Source of the DNA: Antechinus flavipes
Taxonomy: Eukaryota
NCBI RefSeq assembly: GCF_016432865.1
Contig: NC_067399.1
Coordinates: 78,926,001 to 78,990,000, forward strand
Reading direction: 5' to 3'
DNA length: 64,000 nucleotides
Shown: positions 37,920 to 49,915 of the stretch, one piece after another
Position numbering within the stretch: the stretch's first letter is position 1
Layout: every line of letters starts with the position of its first letter
Translations under genes and position numbers: made by a program
Notes under the pieces: model-generated
The model's database searches: none
Told to the model about the DNA's origin: nothing
The model's input: only the letters and a program-made list of their open reading frames with translations

Positions 37920-38245
37920 ACTAAGTTTTCTTCTGGTTTGCTCTAAAGCAATGAAATTAAAAGAATAAGCATAGGCTAAGAAGAAGCAAAATTAGCCATA
38001 TTTGCATGTGATACAATGGTTTATTTAGAAAATCCTAGAGAGTCAATGAAAAAATTAATCAAAACAATTAGTGACAGGGTAAAATAGCAGGATGCAAAAT
38101 TAAAAAAAAAATCAACAGCTGTTCTCTCTGTTACTAACAAAACCCAGCAGGAGAGTGGAAAAAGAAATTCCATTAGAAATAACTACAAAATGCATAAAAT
38201 ATCTGGGCTAAATCTACGAAGACATACTGGGTACTTACATGAATA
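37920..38245 (+). mobile_element. Old L1 ORF2 RT fragment
   Basis: Degenerate translation EEAKL..FA..T.VYLENPRES.KKLI...TTKCIKYLG, the L1 RT region around the FADD motif. Confidence 0.8.
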
Positions 38246-38891
38246 TGTAACACCCCCTCTGGATCTACTTTCCTAATTCTCACTTGCATTAGCAGATTGG
38301 CTCCCCAGAGGACAGTTGACTATTAACTACCCTCAGTGTTCTAAGGGTAGTCCTGAGGAGCTAAGCTTCTATTACTGTCACTAATGAGCCCCTATCAGTG
38401 TGCTTCCCGTTAAATACCAGTCAGCTGAAATATCTTTTAGCAAAGATATTTTCTGAGAAGGTATAGCAGAAATAGTTGATTCTTGTAGACTTTCCTGCTG
38501 CATGCATAAGGTCCCTGGAGAGACTGGATTCAATCTTTAAGTATAAAGATAATGAGCTGTACTTATAGAAAATGCTTAGTCCAGAGGAAGATATCTTTTA
38601 AGTGATGCTAGAAGTCAGTCCTCTTCTCTTTTCATGGAGGCTTCATCAAGTTCTCCTTGAGTGTTGAGATTTATGTTAGACTCTTAAGAGTTGGCACATT
38701 TCTAGAATCCATAGCTGACATTTCTCTGCAAAAGAATTATACTCTTTGAAGCCTTTACCATCTTTGAGTGACTGTCTTTATGTATCTATTTATAGGTGAT
38801 TCCATTGTCATTGGCCAATACCCTTCTGAAACTCACACGGTTGCTTGGACTCTCCAAATTCTGTAAACTGCTCTAATGTTTCTAGAAAACA
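38246..38891 (-). mobile_element. Candidate solo LTR lying between L1 fragments
   Basis: TG...CA termini (minus-strand end GGGGGTGTTACA); minus-strand GGCCAATG followed by CTATAAATAG; L1 sequence on both sides; no clear TSD. Confidence 0.5.
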
Positions 38892-39174
38892 ATTACTTTT
38901 CATATATCCCAAGAAAATCAAAGACAGAGGAAAAGATACCATATAATCAAAAATATTTAAAATCATACTCTTTACAGTATCAGACAATCAGAAACAAAAT
39001 GGGCATCCACTGATTGGAAATAGCTGAACAAATCATACTAACATAATCTCATATTACTATGCCCTAATAAATGGCAAATATAAAAAATTAAGAGGAATGT
39101 CTGAAAGCTTATATGAACTGAGACAGAACAAAGTGAACAGAACCAGTAGATTATTTTAAATGATGGACACAAGT
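38892..39174 (+). mobile_element. Old L1 ORF2 3' fragment
   Basis: GGGCATCCACTGATTGGAAATAGCTGAACAAAT...GAACAAAGTGAACAGAACCAG, L1 3' ORF2. Confidence 0.7.
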
Positions 39175-39193
39175 AAAGAATTATAGATCAAAT

Positions 39194-39585
39194 TCTGATG
39201 GATGTGGCTCTCTTCAACAGTGAGATGATTCAGGCCATTTCCAATGGTCTTATGATGAAAAGAGCCATCTGCACCCAGAGAGAGTACTATGGGAACTGAG
39301 GGTGGATGACAAACTAGCATTTTCACTCTTTTTGTTGTTTTTGCTTAAATTTTGTTTTATTTCTCATTTTTTTCCTTTTTTGATCTGATTTTTTTGTGCA
39401 GCATGATATTTGTGGAAATATGCAAGAAGAAGAAGAAAAAGAAGAAGATATGTTGGATTACTTGTCATCTAGAAATTTGGAACACAAGGTTTTGTAGGAG
39501 TGAATGCTGAAAATTGTCTATGCATATATTTTGAAAATACAAAAGCTTTAATTAAAAAAAAAAGTTGTACATACTTAAAAAAAAA
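39194..39585 (+). mobile_element. Younger 5'-truncated L1 nested in old L1, bipartite tail
   Basis: L1 3' UTR; TSD AAAGAATTATAGATCAAAT (39175-39193) / AAAGAATTCTAGATCAAAT (39586-39604), 18/19. Confidence 0.92.
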
Positions 39586-40864
39586 AAAGAATTCTAGATC
39601 AAATAAGCTCTGAGGATTCTTATTCCAATTCTTAATCATTTAGATAACTATCAGATCACACAGAAAGGCTACATTTCCCTTTCAGGATAAGATGGGAAGT
39701 CCCTCTAGATCCTTCCAAATTTGCAAAGTCCTTCTCTGGTCAAACTAGTCAAACTGGAGAAGAGACCAGGGCAAAGCCAAAGCAATGGCCTCTCCTTTCT
39801 CTCCATATAGTTCCTCTTCTAGAATTTTACTGAAAAGTCATGCTTTGCTCCAATTTCTGAAATTGTCTCATTCCAGCGACTCTGTTACAGGACCCAGGGG
39901 ATATGGTGAAATCTTTCAGTTACTTGTCCTCTTTGAAAATCTACTTCATTAAATCCTGTTTCATTAAATCATTCTTCTTCATTAAAAGGCTTTGAAAAAC
40001 TTTTTGCACTTAGTCTAAAGCCTATGATTGATTATCTAATTGAGACAGCATCTTATCACTTACTGAAAGTGAGGTGTGATGAATAATGATCACTTAACTC
40101 CACCCATAAACTCCTAAAGCACAAGTCTTGTCCCTCATTTGGCAAAAGTCCTTGCCTTTCTTCTATTGTCATTGATTTTTTTCTTGTGTACATGTTATCT
40201 TTCAAGTAAATGACAATTGAAAAAAGATCTTACAATCTTAGTCCACATTATAAGAAATTAGCTATCCAGACAGAGAGAGAAACTGTATAGTTTGTCTGAT
40301 CATATCACATCTAGAGTTTTATGTTCAATTACTTGATTGCCATTTAAGAAAGATGTTGATAAGCTGGAATATATCTAGTGGAGAGTGTCCAAAAGATTAG
40401 GCCATACATAGATGGGTGCAAGGAAGTTGAAGTGTGTAGGACTATGACAATCATCCAGCTAAAGAATTCAGAGTAGCACATCTTTTAGCAGGTTCTCCAC
40501 CTTGATCTCTCAGTCTTTGGGGTTCTTGACCATTCAACCTAGGTAGAAATTCAATGTGCACTTGTGAAATTTGCTCTGGCTCTATGCATGAGCTCACCAC
40601 TCTTGTGCTTATGTTGACCACTCTTCCAGCTTTAACTCTTCATGGTTTTGTTAAGAATTCTTCTGTTCTGCTATGTTTGGATGACAATATAGGTTATCTT
40701 CCCTATAGCATAGGGAATCAGAGCGATATCTTCTGTAACTTTTACTTGTCTTTGTTCTCTGAGAAATTATCTAAGAATGAAGAATATAAGGTCTGAGAGT
40801 TTGTGCCAGTGGGGGAATCCCCAAGAGAGCATCTGCTATTTCCCATTCTCTCTCCAAGTCTTGT

Positions 40865-41265
40865 TTTTCTATAGATTGAATGTAAACAGCAATCATTTCT
40901 GCTTTGGCCAGAAACCCTGAGGTTCTTTTACTCCCAGATTCATTAATTTATTTATTTAGATTTTTTGGGACTGGGCTAAAGAGGATATTCTTTGTCTCAA
41001 TTGCTACCTAATTTTAATCACCAAATGGGTACTGCCTCAGTCAGACTGAGATCTGTTGAAGATATTAGCTTAAAAAAGCCATCATCTCCCATTGCATCCA
41101 GGTCAAGTTGTCCTGATTTAAATCTTACCACTGGATCCAGATGGCTGTAGAGAGGAAAGTGAGGAAGGTGAGCTCTCCCAGCTCTCCCTCACTTAAATCC
41201 AGTTCACTTATATGTCACTGTATCACCAACTTGGTCACCTTTGAGAACAAAGGACAAGCAACAAC
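40865..41265 (-). mobile_element. WALLSI-type RTE-related SINE
   Basis: Ends ...TTTGAGAACAAAGGACAAGCAACAAC (element 5' end reversed); CTCCCTCACTTAAATCCAGTTCAC core. Confidence 0.8.
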
Positions 41266-41269
41266 AGCT

Positions 41270-41620
41270 TCTCTTATATGCGGTTCAATTTTCCTACTAA
41301 TTACCTTGTAGAAATTCTTGTTGCTTTCCAAGTCATTCTCCTTCCTTTGCCAATGAATTCAGCACCTCTCTCACAGAGCTCCTCTCTACATCAACCTTGC
41401 CTCCATTCCTGAGGTCTTCTAATATCCATATAAACTCTCTTACTTCCTCAGTGGCCATGACCTACATCTCAATACCACCCCAGCTATCCATAGGCTTGAA
41501 GACATTTCAGACCTTACCATAACATGAAACTATTGTATCTCCTTCATGATAAACTCTGAAATTCCTCTTCCTGATCATAATGTCTTGTTTTTCTGCCTCT
41601 TCTTTGTTTCCTTGCTAAAC
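41270..41620 (+). mobile_element. L2 ORF2 endonuclease-region fossil
   Basis: 41558-41593 translates EIPLPDHNVLFF, similar to the L2 endonuclease C-terminal EIPLSDHNLLSF. Confidence 0.65.
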
Positions 41621-42294
41621 TATGGCAGCCCATTAAACTTTTGATAGCTTTGATTGGGAAGTTTTTCTTTGGTTTTCTTTTGTTATGCAATTTCTACCAT
41701 TGCTTCCAATTATGCTCTCTGATATCAAGCTAAGCAAATTCAATTTTCTTCTGGATGAGAAGTCTCTTATATTTCTGTCCCTTGTTCCTAATGTACCCAT
41801 ATGTCAAATGAGGAGTTTGATTAGATAGCCTGTGAGGTCACTTCAGGATCTACATTGAAGATCCAGGACTTTATGAATCCTCATATCAGTTATCATGTTG
41901 CATCAAGTATTCTTCTAAACCCATTTATTTATTTATTTATTTTTGACAGGAGTCTTAGAAATAGATAAGAGGAATTTTGTGCATATGATTTATTTAAATT
42001 TTAGCAAATAAAACTGAGGAACTAGTAGTCAGATTAGAAGGAGAAGAGTTGTGTCGTGACAGCCCAGAGAAGAGAGATAATTTCGAGGGAAACAAGAGTC
42101 AAATAGTGTCAAATAATGCAAGGAAATCAAGAAGAATGAAAATTGAGAAAAGACTAGCAGATTTGACAATTAAAAGATCATTGTTAACTTTTGAGAGAAT
42201 AGTTTCAATCCAGTAATAGAAGTTATCAAGTCAATCATTCGTTTAAATTCAACAACTTTTTAAAATCTTGTATAATATTGGATCTTGGAGATTT

Positions 42295-42296
<2 letters not shown>

Positions 42297-42338
<42 letters not shown>
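42297..42338. repeat. (AC)21 microsatellite
   Basis: Perfect tract. Confidence 0.97.
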
Positions 42339-42339
<1 letters not shown>

Positions 42340-43544
42340 AATCCAAAATATAAAATAAAAATTTTTGTGCCCTCAAGAAGTTTACTCTCTGTTGAAGGAA
42401 TATAACCTACATTTCTATCAATAAACACAGGGTAGGAGTTATGATAGAACCAAAAGAGCTCCATGAATATTTGAGGAAGGGGAAAATACTAAATGCTGAG
42501 TGAGTGAGGGATGTAGAAAAGAAAAGGATTAAAGGCGAGACGTTGAAAGAGAAGTATTACCTTAAGGGAGATTCAGATATTCCTAGGATTTGGTTCATAA
42601 GAAAGATTTAGGAGAAGGATCCTAGAAATCATTGTGTCCAAACCCTTCATTTTAAAGAGGAATAACTTGAGAGAATAAAGTGAAAATAGTGTTGGTTACA
42701 CTTTTAAAATGCTATAGAAATGCACGTTATTGTTGACAGTGGTGGTGATTTGTTTTGAAATCCCTTGGGGATTTCAAAGATTCGTGAGGGAGGTGATAAC
42801 ATATATACTTTAGCACACAACTTATGGAAAAGAAAGTTTTTTTTAATTTAATTTCTGCATTGTTTTCAGAGTTATAACTAGCAAATCTAGCATTAAAAAT
42901 CACCACAAAACAAAATCCCAGACTTGGGGACACAAGGCTAATAACTCCAGAATGTCTTCCTTCCTTACCCTTTACTTTGACCTTCCTCCTCAAGGATACT
43001 ATGAGGCTACTGATATAGAACTATACAACCACCAACCTAATCCAGATCCTCATTTCTTTCCCCTGTAAAGAGACTCTTCATTGGGGAGAAATCAGGGCAG
43101 GAGCAGTTGAGGAGATTAGATGGGGAGCTATAGATTAGGGAAGAGGGGGAAGTTGGATCCTTTTAACATTTTTAAAATTTTTTTATCAAATTATTCTTGC
43201 TAACTATATGCTAGATACTCAGTTGTTTTGACCTACTATAGACTAAATACTATGTAAATTCTGGCATTTTTTGATAAAACCCTGGTTATTTTTTACCATT
43301 ATTTCAGCTTTGTGCATTCTCTTCACATTTTCTCACAATCTTCTTTTACAAAGTCAAAGAGCAAGGTTAAAGGCAAAAGGAATCTCTTAGAAATATTTTT
43401 CTTCTTGGAGTAGTGGTCCAAAAATGGGATTTCCTCTTCTTCTGCCTCAGAAGATTATGAGGTGTCCTGAATGCTGAAGATGGACCTAAGCACATTGTTG
43501 CTGGAAACTGTGGCCTTTTACTACCACATTTAGAAATCTCACAA

Positions 43545-43980
43545 TTTGGGGAATGACTGATCAAGTCATGGTATATGATTATATTGAAATAGGTGCTATA
43601 AGAAATGATGAGGGGGATGGTTTCAGAAAAATCTGGGAAGGCTTAAATGAACTGATGCAAAGTGAGATGAGCAGAACCAAGAGAACATTGAACAGTAGCA
43701 GTAGTGATAGTGCCTAATGATCAACCATGAAAGATTCAACTACGCTGATCAGGACAATGATCCAAAACAATTACAGAGGATTCATCATAAAAAATGCTAT
43801 CTAACTCCAGAGAAAGAAGTGAGGAACTCTGAATACAAACTGAAGAATGCTGTTTTCACTTTATTATTATTATTTTTTTTGCTTTTGGTGGGAGGGGCAT
43901 GACTAAAATAGAAATATGTTTTGCATGATTTCACACATATAGCAGATGTTAAATTACTTTTCTTTTCAATGGATAGAGGA
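43545..43980 (+). mobile_element. L1 3' end (older marsupial subfamily)
   Basis: GAACTGATGCAAAGTGAGATGAGCAGAACCAAGAGAACATTG...TGCATGATTTCACACATATA. Confidence 0.85.
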
Positions 43981-43989
43981 TGAGCTGGG

Positions 43990-44241
43990 GGAGAGAGAAG
44001 AGACAGACAGACAGACAGACAGACAGAGACAAAGAGACAGAAACAGAAAAAGAGAGACAGAGAAAGAGAGGCAGAGCCAGAGACAATGACAGGGACAGAG
44101 ATACACACAAATAGAAATAGAGACACAGAGAGGAGAGACAGACAAAGACAGAGACAAAGAGACACAGAGAGAGAGACAAAGACAGATAGAGACTGACAGA
44201 GAAAGACAGAGACAAAGACAGAGATACACATATAGAAAGAG
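43990..44241. repeat. (GACA)n/(GAGACA)n low-complexity tract next to a gap
   Basis: Source of the spurious S/L/C-rich ORFs 43797-44231 and 43949-44473. Confidence 0.9.
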
Positions 44242-45269
44242 NNNNNNNNNNNNNNNNNNNNNNNNNNNNNNNNNNNNNNNNNNNNNNNNNNNNNNNNNNN
44301 NNNNNNNNNNNNNNNNNNNNNNNNNNNNNNNNNNNNNNNNNNNNNNNNNNNNNNNNNNNNNNNNNNNNNNNNNNNNNNNNNNNNNNNNNNNNNNNNNNNN
44401 NNNNNNNNNNNNNNNNNCTTAAAAAAGTCACAATTTTACCTATGCCTCCATTTCCTCTTTGCTTCAAAATCACTTTCTAAATTTCTGAAATGACGAATCT
44501 TGTTATGTGACATTATAACCATCATCAAAGAGATGGCTATCATAAAAATATTCTCACCTCCTCCAAATAACACAAACAAACCAGTATTAAGCAAAACAAA
44601 GAAATTATTGATAAATTTCTTTTCTTTTCCTGCATCTCAGCATCAAAGCAAAAATTTAGATAGTTTTCTTCTAATACAGAAAATGTCAAAACAGGAAGAC
44701 ATCTTAGAGTTTGTCTTATGTAACATCTTATTTTTACAAAAGAAGGAACAAAGTGGGGAAAGTACTTATCTAAGTTCACACATGTATCATACATATTCAG
44801 CATTGATTCAAATTTAGTTCCAATGATCCAGACCTGGGCTTTCTAACCTTCCTGTCATCTCAACTCACAATCCCAAGAGAGTTAAGTACATCCTGGCTCA
44901 GAGGAAAGGGCAGACATACTACCACCCATTTAATCAAGAGCCACATTACTTCTTGCCTGGGATGTTATAAGAGACTTTTGACTTTGTTTCTTTGTCTAGA
45001 GGGTTTTTTCAATTCAATTTATACTGTACACAGCTTCCCAAAAGAATCCTAAAGCACACATCTAATCACATATTATTTAAATTCCATAAACTACAGTGGC
45101 TCCCTCTTACCTCTAGGAACAAAGACAACTTTCTTTGGTGGAAGAGTTTAAAGAGGCCATTAAAAACTTGGCCTGAACCTTGCTCTTCAATTTTATTAGT
45201 AGACCTTACCTCTATTCAGGACTCTACAATCCAATCAAACACTACATTCTGTGCTTGCATTTGTGTCTA

Positions 45270-46824
45270 GGGTATTCCACTGATCTATTTTTTTCTGTTT
45301 TTAATCAGTACTAAATAATTTTGATAATTACTTCTTCATAATATAATTTGAGATAATATAATACAAGACCCTCTTCATTCTTACTATTTTTCATTATTTC
45401 CCTTGCTATTTTTGACCTTTTGTTTCCTCATGTGAATTTTGTTATTATTTTATCTTATCCCAGGAACCATTCCCTTGGTAGTTTGATTGGCATAATCTTT
45501 AGATTAATTTAGGTAGCATCTGCATTTTTATTATATTGGTGAGGCTGAGCCACGGACATTGAAAATCTCTCCAATTATTTAGGTCATCTATCATTTCAGT
45601 AACATTATTTTGTAGATATATTTATGTAAAACCCGTATACAATTTGATAAGTTAACTCATATATTTAATGAATTTTATCATTAAAATGAAATTTATCTTC
45701 CCATATTTCTCCCTTTTCATGAATATTTTTTACATATTTAATTATGTATTTAACAATTTTAATTCATAATATAAAATGTAGATTATTTTGTGGATTTATT
45801 CTGTATTCTACTACTTTGCTGAAGGATTCAATTATCTTAGTTATTTTCATTGATTCTCTAGGGTTTTCTAAGTAACCCATAACATCTTATTTGTCAATGT
45901 TTATTATCTTAGTTAATTTTTAAAATTCCTTATTTCTATAGCTAATCTTTTTTTTTTAAATATTATGACAAATAAAAATGCCATGTTTCATCTCTTTGGG
46001 AAAACTTCCAATATTTGCTTCTCTATTACCAATAATATTTAATCTTGGTTAAAGATGAACACTTTTGAGCATATTTAGAAAAGATGTGTGTGTGTGCTTG
46101 TGTGTGTTTAAACATAAATAAGTGCCATATTTTGTTGAAAGCATTTTCTGTATCTATTGATAAAACTCATATGACCCTAAAATTCAAGTAAATTAAGGTA
46201 ACTTTTTCCAATGCTAAATCATTTTGTTTACATCCTTAGTCATGTATACATTTTATTTGGTTATGATGAATAATTGTTATGGTATGTCATTATTGCCTCT
46301 TTATTAAGATTTTATTTAGAATTTTAATTTTGTATCAATATGCATTAATGATATTAATTGGTATATGTATTTTCCTTTCTTTAATCTTTTGTCATTTGAG
46401 TAACATAAATATACTTTCTAAAATGAGTTCAGTGAATATCATTCTCTTCTGTTTTGGAGAATAATTTATGTAGCACAAGGCTTTTTAATAACTGGTAAGA
46501 TTTATTTATAAGTTTTTTAAAAATAGTGTTTTTATGAAGGGTTTATATATTCCTTAATCAATTTCATCTGAGTGAGTTCTTTAGATTTCTACTTTCTATT
46601 TTATGACTTGGATACACACATGTGAGTATAGCTGTACACATATGTGTATACACATGTGCAGATATGTGTATGTATAGATATGCATACTAATAGGAAGTCA
46701 ATCATATATATACAACTTAAAGGAAAAAGTAGGAAGAACAAAGGAATTATCTCCAGATTTTGTTTATAACTATAACTATTTTCTGAAATTGGCCAGCATA
46801 ATGCATATGTGTGTGTGTGTGTGT

Positions 46825-46857
<33 letters not shown>

Positions 46858-49660
46858 AATTCTGTGATTGGTTAGTAGCTTTTTAGGCATGCTAATTTCT
46901 GATATTTTTTTTTCTATTTCTTTCTTATTCATTAGGAGTTTAACATTCCCAATTTTGACTTTTTTATAATTTGATTTTTCCTTTCCATTGTAAGTAAAAT
47001 CAACTAATGTTTTTGTATTCTATTAGCTTTGTTGGAGGAAAAGATAGTCTTCGGTGTTAGTTTCCTATTCAATTTTTTTGTTTTCAATTTTATTTCTCTT
47101 GATTTTTAAGGATTATTCATTTTATTATTTTTTCTAGTTATTTCTCCCCTTAAATTGCATATAGTTCCTTTTTATTCTCTTTTGCTAATACATATTTCAG
47201 ACACAAATTTCCTTTTAAAGATTATTTTATCTACATTCCATACATTTTAGACTACTGTTGTTACAATTTTCTATTGCAATGAATAGAGATAAGTATTTAT
47301 TCTTTTTGTTATTTGTTTCTGACCTACCTGTTGTTTAGGATATCTTTATTTTGGTCTTTCTCTTTTATTGATTTTTGTTGTTGTTGTTGTTTACAATTTT
47401 TATTCCATTAGTCTATAAAGAATATATTTTATATTTTTTACTTTACATTTACTTATACATTCTTGTTATATCGCATGATCAACTTTTCAAAGGCATCATT
47501 TGAGACTGAAAAATAAGTATACTTTAAAAATTATCTTTCAATAAGTTTCATAGTTATACAATTGTTTTTCCTATATTTAGTTTATATTTAGATTTTTCTT
47601 CTTTTTTTCTAATAGATTTACCAAGTTCTCAAAAAGGACCTATTAGTTCTTTTTCAGTTAGTGTTTCTTTAATATATTTAGATGCATTGTCATTTGAATG
47701 CACATAGAATTAAATAATATTTAATTATCTATGGTACCAGTAAGCATAATATAAGGTTTTTTTTTTTGTTAGTTTCCTTGATAGTATTCATTTTTAACCC
47801 AAAATTATGGTTGCAACCATAGAAACATAGATTTAAAGTTGAAAGGAGCCCACAAGGTAATATAAAGTTGATAAAACTGAATTGCAGGCAATTATGATTC
47901 ACCCAAAGCCATATGAAGAAAAAATGGTAGAGGATTTGAACTCAAGTCTTTTGGTGCAAATTGAGGTTATTTCCTCAATGCTATTTATTCTCCTTCCCCC
48001 TTTCCCATCTCCATTTATCTGAAGCATAATAAATTTATTTTGGTCCCTTTTTGCAAATCCATGTGTAACTAGTTGAATAGTCTCCAGTATTAGAACAGTT
48101 TTCAGTATTAGAAAATCATAAAGCTCTATATGACTTCTCAGATTGCATTTCTAGAGGTAACCTAGTTAGGCCTAGTAGGCTATTTGCTTTTATATAGTCA
48201 AGCCAGTGAAGACAGAAGGTTCTCCTTCATGCAGCCATTTCCAGGATCTTTCCTTGATCTTACTTTCGATGCCACAAAAGCAAGATTATTCCCATTCAAT
48301 AAATTTGTGCTGCCATGCTATGGTTAACACTACAACAATTCTTTGTTTACATGACCTTAAACTATATAGATACTCCATTCCAAGAAATATCAATTCAATT
48401 CTTTTATTTCTCTGCTTCTCTTCTAGTCTTAATTTATCTTAGTTCACAAATAAATAATCCACATTTGTTCCTAAACAATGATCAAAAAAAGTGAGCTTCT
48501 AAAAGACTATAAGCTTTGTCTAAATATGAGTGTGTAATCTTCTTTTATTTCAATCCCTGTTCTCATTTGTTAGAATTATCTTAATTTGTAGCACCTAATT
48601 CTAAGAAATGTTTGATTCTTTCCCTTTCTTGTTTTTAAATACTCCTTCATGGACTCAATCCATTAAAGCTTTTTTTCCTTGTTTTCTCTATAGATCTTAA
48701 ACAAGGTGGAGCTTATAAAAGCTATTCATCCAAGTTCTTCCTTTAAGTACATGAGCACCAATTTATTTGCTTGATTTTTTCCAGGTTATATGGATGCTTA
48801 TATTTCTTAAGGTTTTTTTGTTTGCTATATTTTCATATTTTTACTCTGTTTTTATAATATAAATGATCCAAATTTCTCTGTTCTGCAGAATTTTTTATTG
48901 TTGCTTAAATTTTGCTTTGCAATTTATTTTATTTGAAATATAAATTGATTTAATTTGCTTTTGTCTCCATCATATTCCAACATTTTTATTATTTATTAAT
49001 ATATTTTCTTACTCTTGTATGATTTCTTAACTTTTTCCTTGCCTTGTAAAGGAACCATTTCTGGCTATTTGTTATATTCATTCATTTTGAAATATTGGGA
49101 TTTTTCAACTCCATTTCTGAATGAGATGAATCTGAGTTTCTGGTTTGTTGGTGTTGTGTGTATTTGATCACTTCTATGCATTCTTAAATGACTTTAAAAT
49201 ATAATATTTAGCACTTTTGATTCATCAATTTTTTATAGTTTTTATTTATAATTTTTATTAATGCTCAAATTGTCTCACTTCATTCTGATTTAAATGTCAG
49301 TTGCTTTGGATATATATATAGGGATCTCAAGTAATCTTCTAATTTTGCTATATTTTAAATTTTTTATTTAGTCTCTAAATATTTGAGACTAATAAAAATT
49401 TATAGTTGAAAACTAGAGTCCCTTCGTTCTTATCGTGTTTTTATATAAAGTTGCAAATCTTTTTTTTTAGTGTCTACTATATACGATTTAATACCATTTT
49501 CCTAAATGTTGACTTCCTCATTTGTTTTTTATTGAGTTTTTACTTGAGAATTGTAATTTATCTTCGAAATTCCATACTTCATTTTAGTTCTTACATTGAA
49601 CTTACATCTAACACTTCTTCCATTATTTTTGCAATTGTTTTATTTTTTGAAATGCTAGAG
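45270..49660 (-). mobile_element. Long, highly degenerate old L1 ORF2 (reverse), with microsatellite and SINE insertions
   Basis: Very T-rich run with reversed L1 ORF2 hallmarks (TTGGTAGTTTGATTGGCATA, GATTCTCTAGGGTTTTCTAAGTA, GCATTTTCTGTATCTATTGATA). Confidence 0.7.
46809..46850. repeat. (GT)8(AC)13 self-complementary microsatellite
   Basis: Direct reading. Confidence 0.95.
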
Positions 49661-49674
49661 GCATTTATATGCCA

Positions 49675-49915
49675 CAGTGGATAGAGCTCAGGACCTGAAA
49701 TACAAAACAGAACTAAGTTCAAATCTAGCCTTTAACACTTTCTACTATGACCATGGACAAATCATTTAATCTCTTTCTGCCATAGTTAGTTCATTTATAA
49801 TATGAAAGATGGTAATATTATCTAACTCTTAGGATGTGATAAAGATTAAATGAGATAATATTTATGAAGTATCTTGCATACCTTAAAGTGCTATAGAAAT
49901 ATTGGTTAATATTAT
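49675..49915 (+). mobile_element. MIR
   Basis: CAGTGGATAGAG head, CORE, GATTAAATGAGATAATATTTATGAAGT...CTTAAAGTGCTATAGAAAT tail. Confidence 0.75.

Noticed and set aside
40480-40640. GRVVNIS, resembling a short-chain dehydrogenase motif
   Set aside because: No YxxxK motif or other SDR features around it.
43797-44231. Hydrophobic 144-aa ORF that looks membrane-like
   Set aside because: Translation of the (GAGACA)n low-complexity tract.
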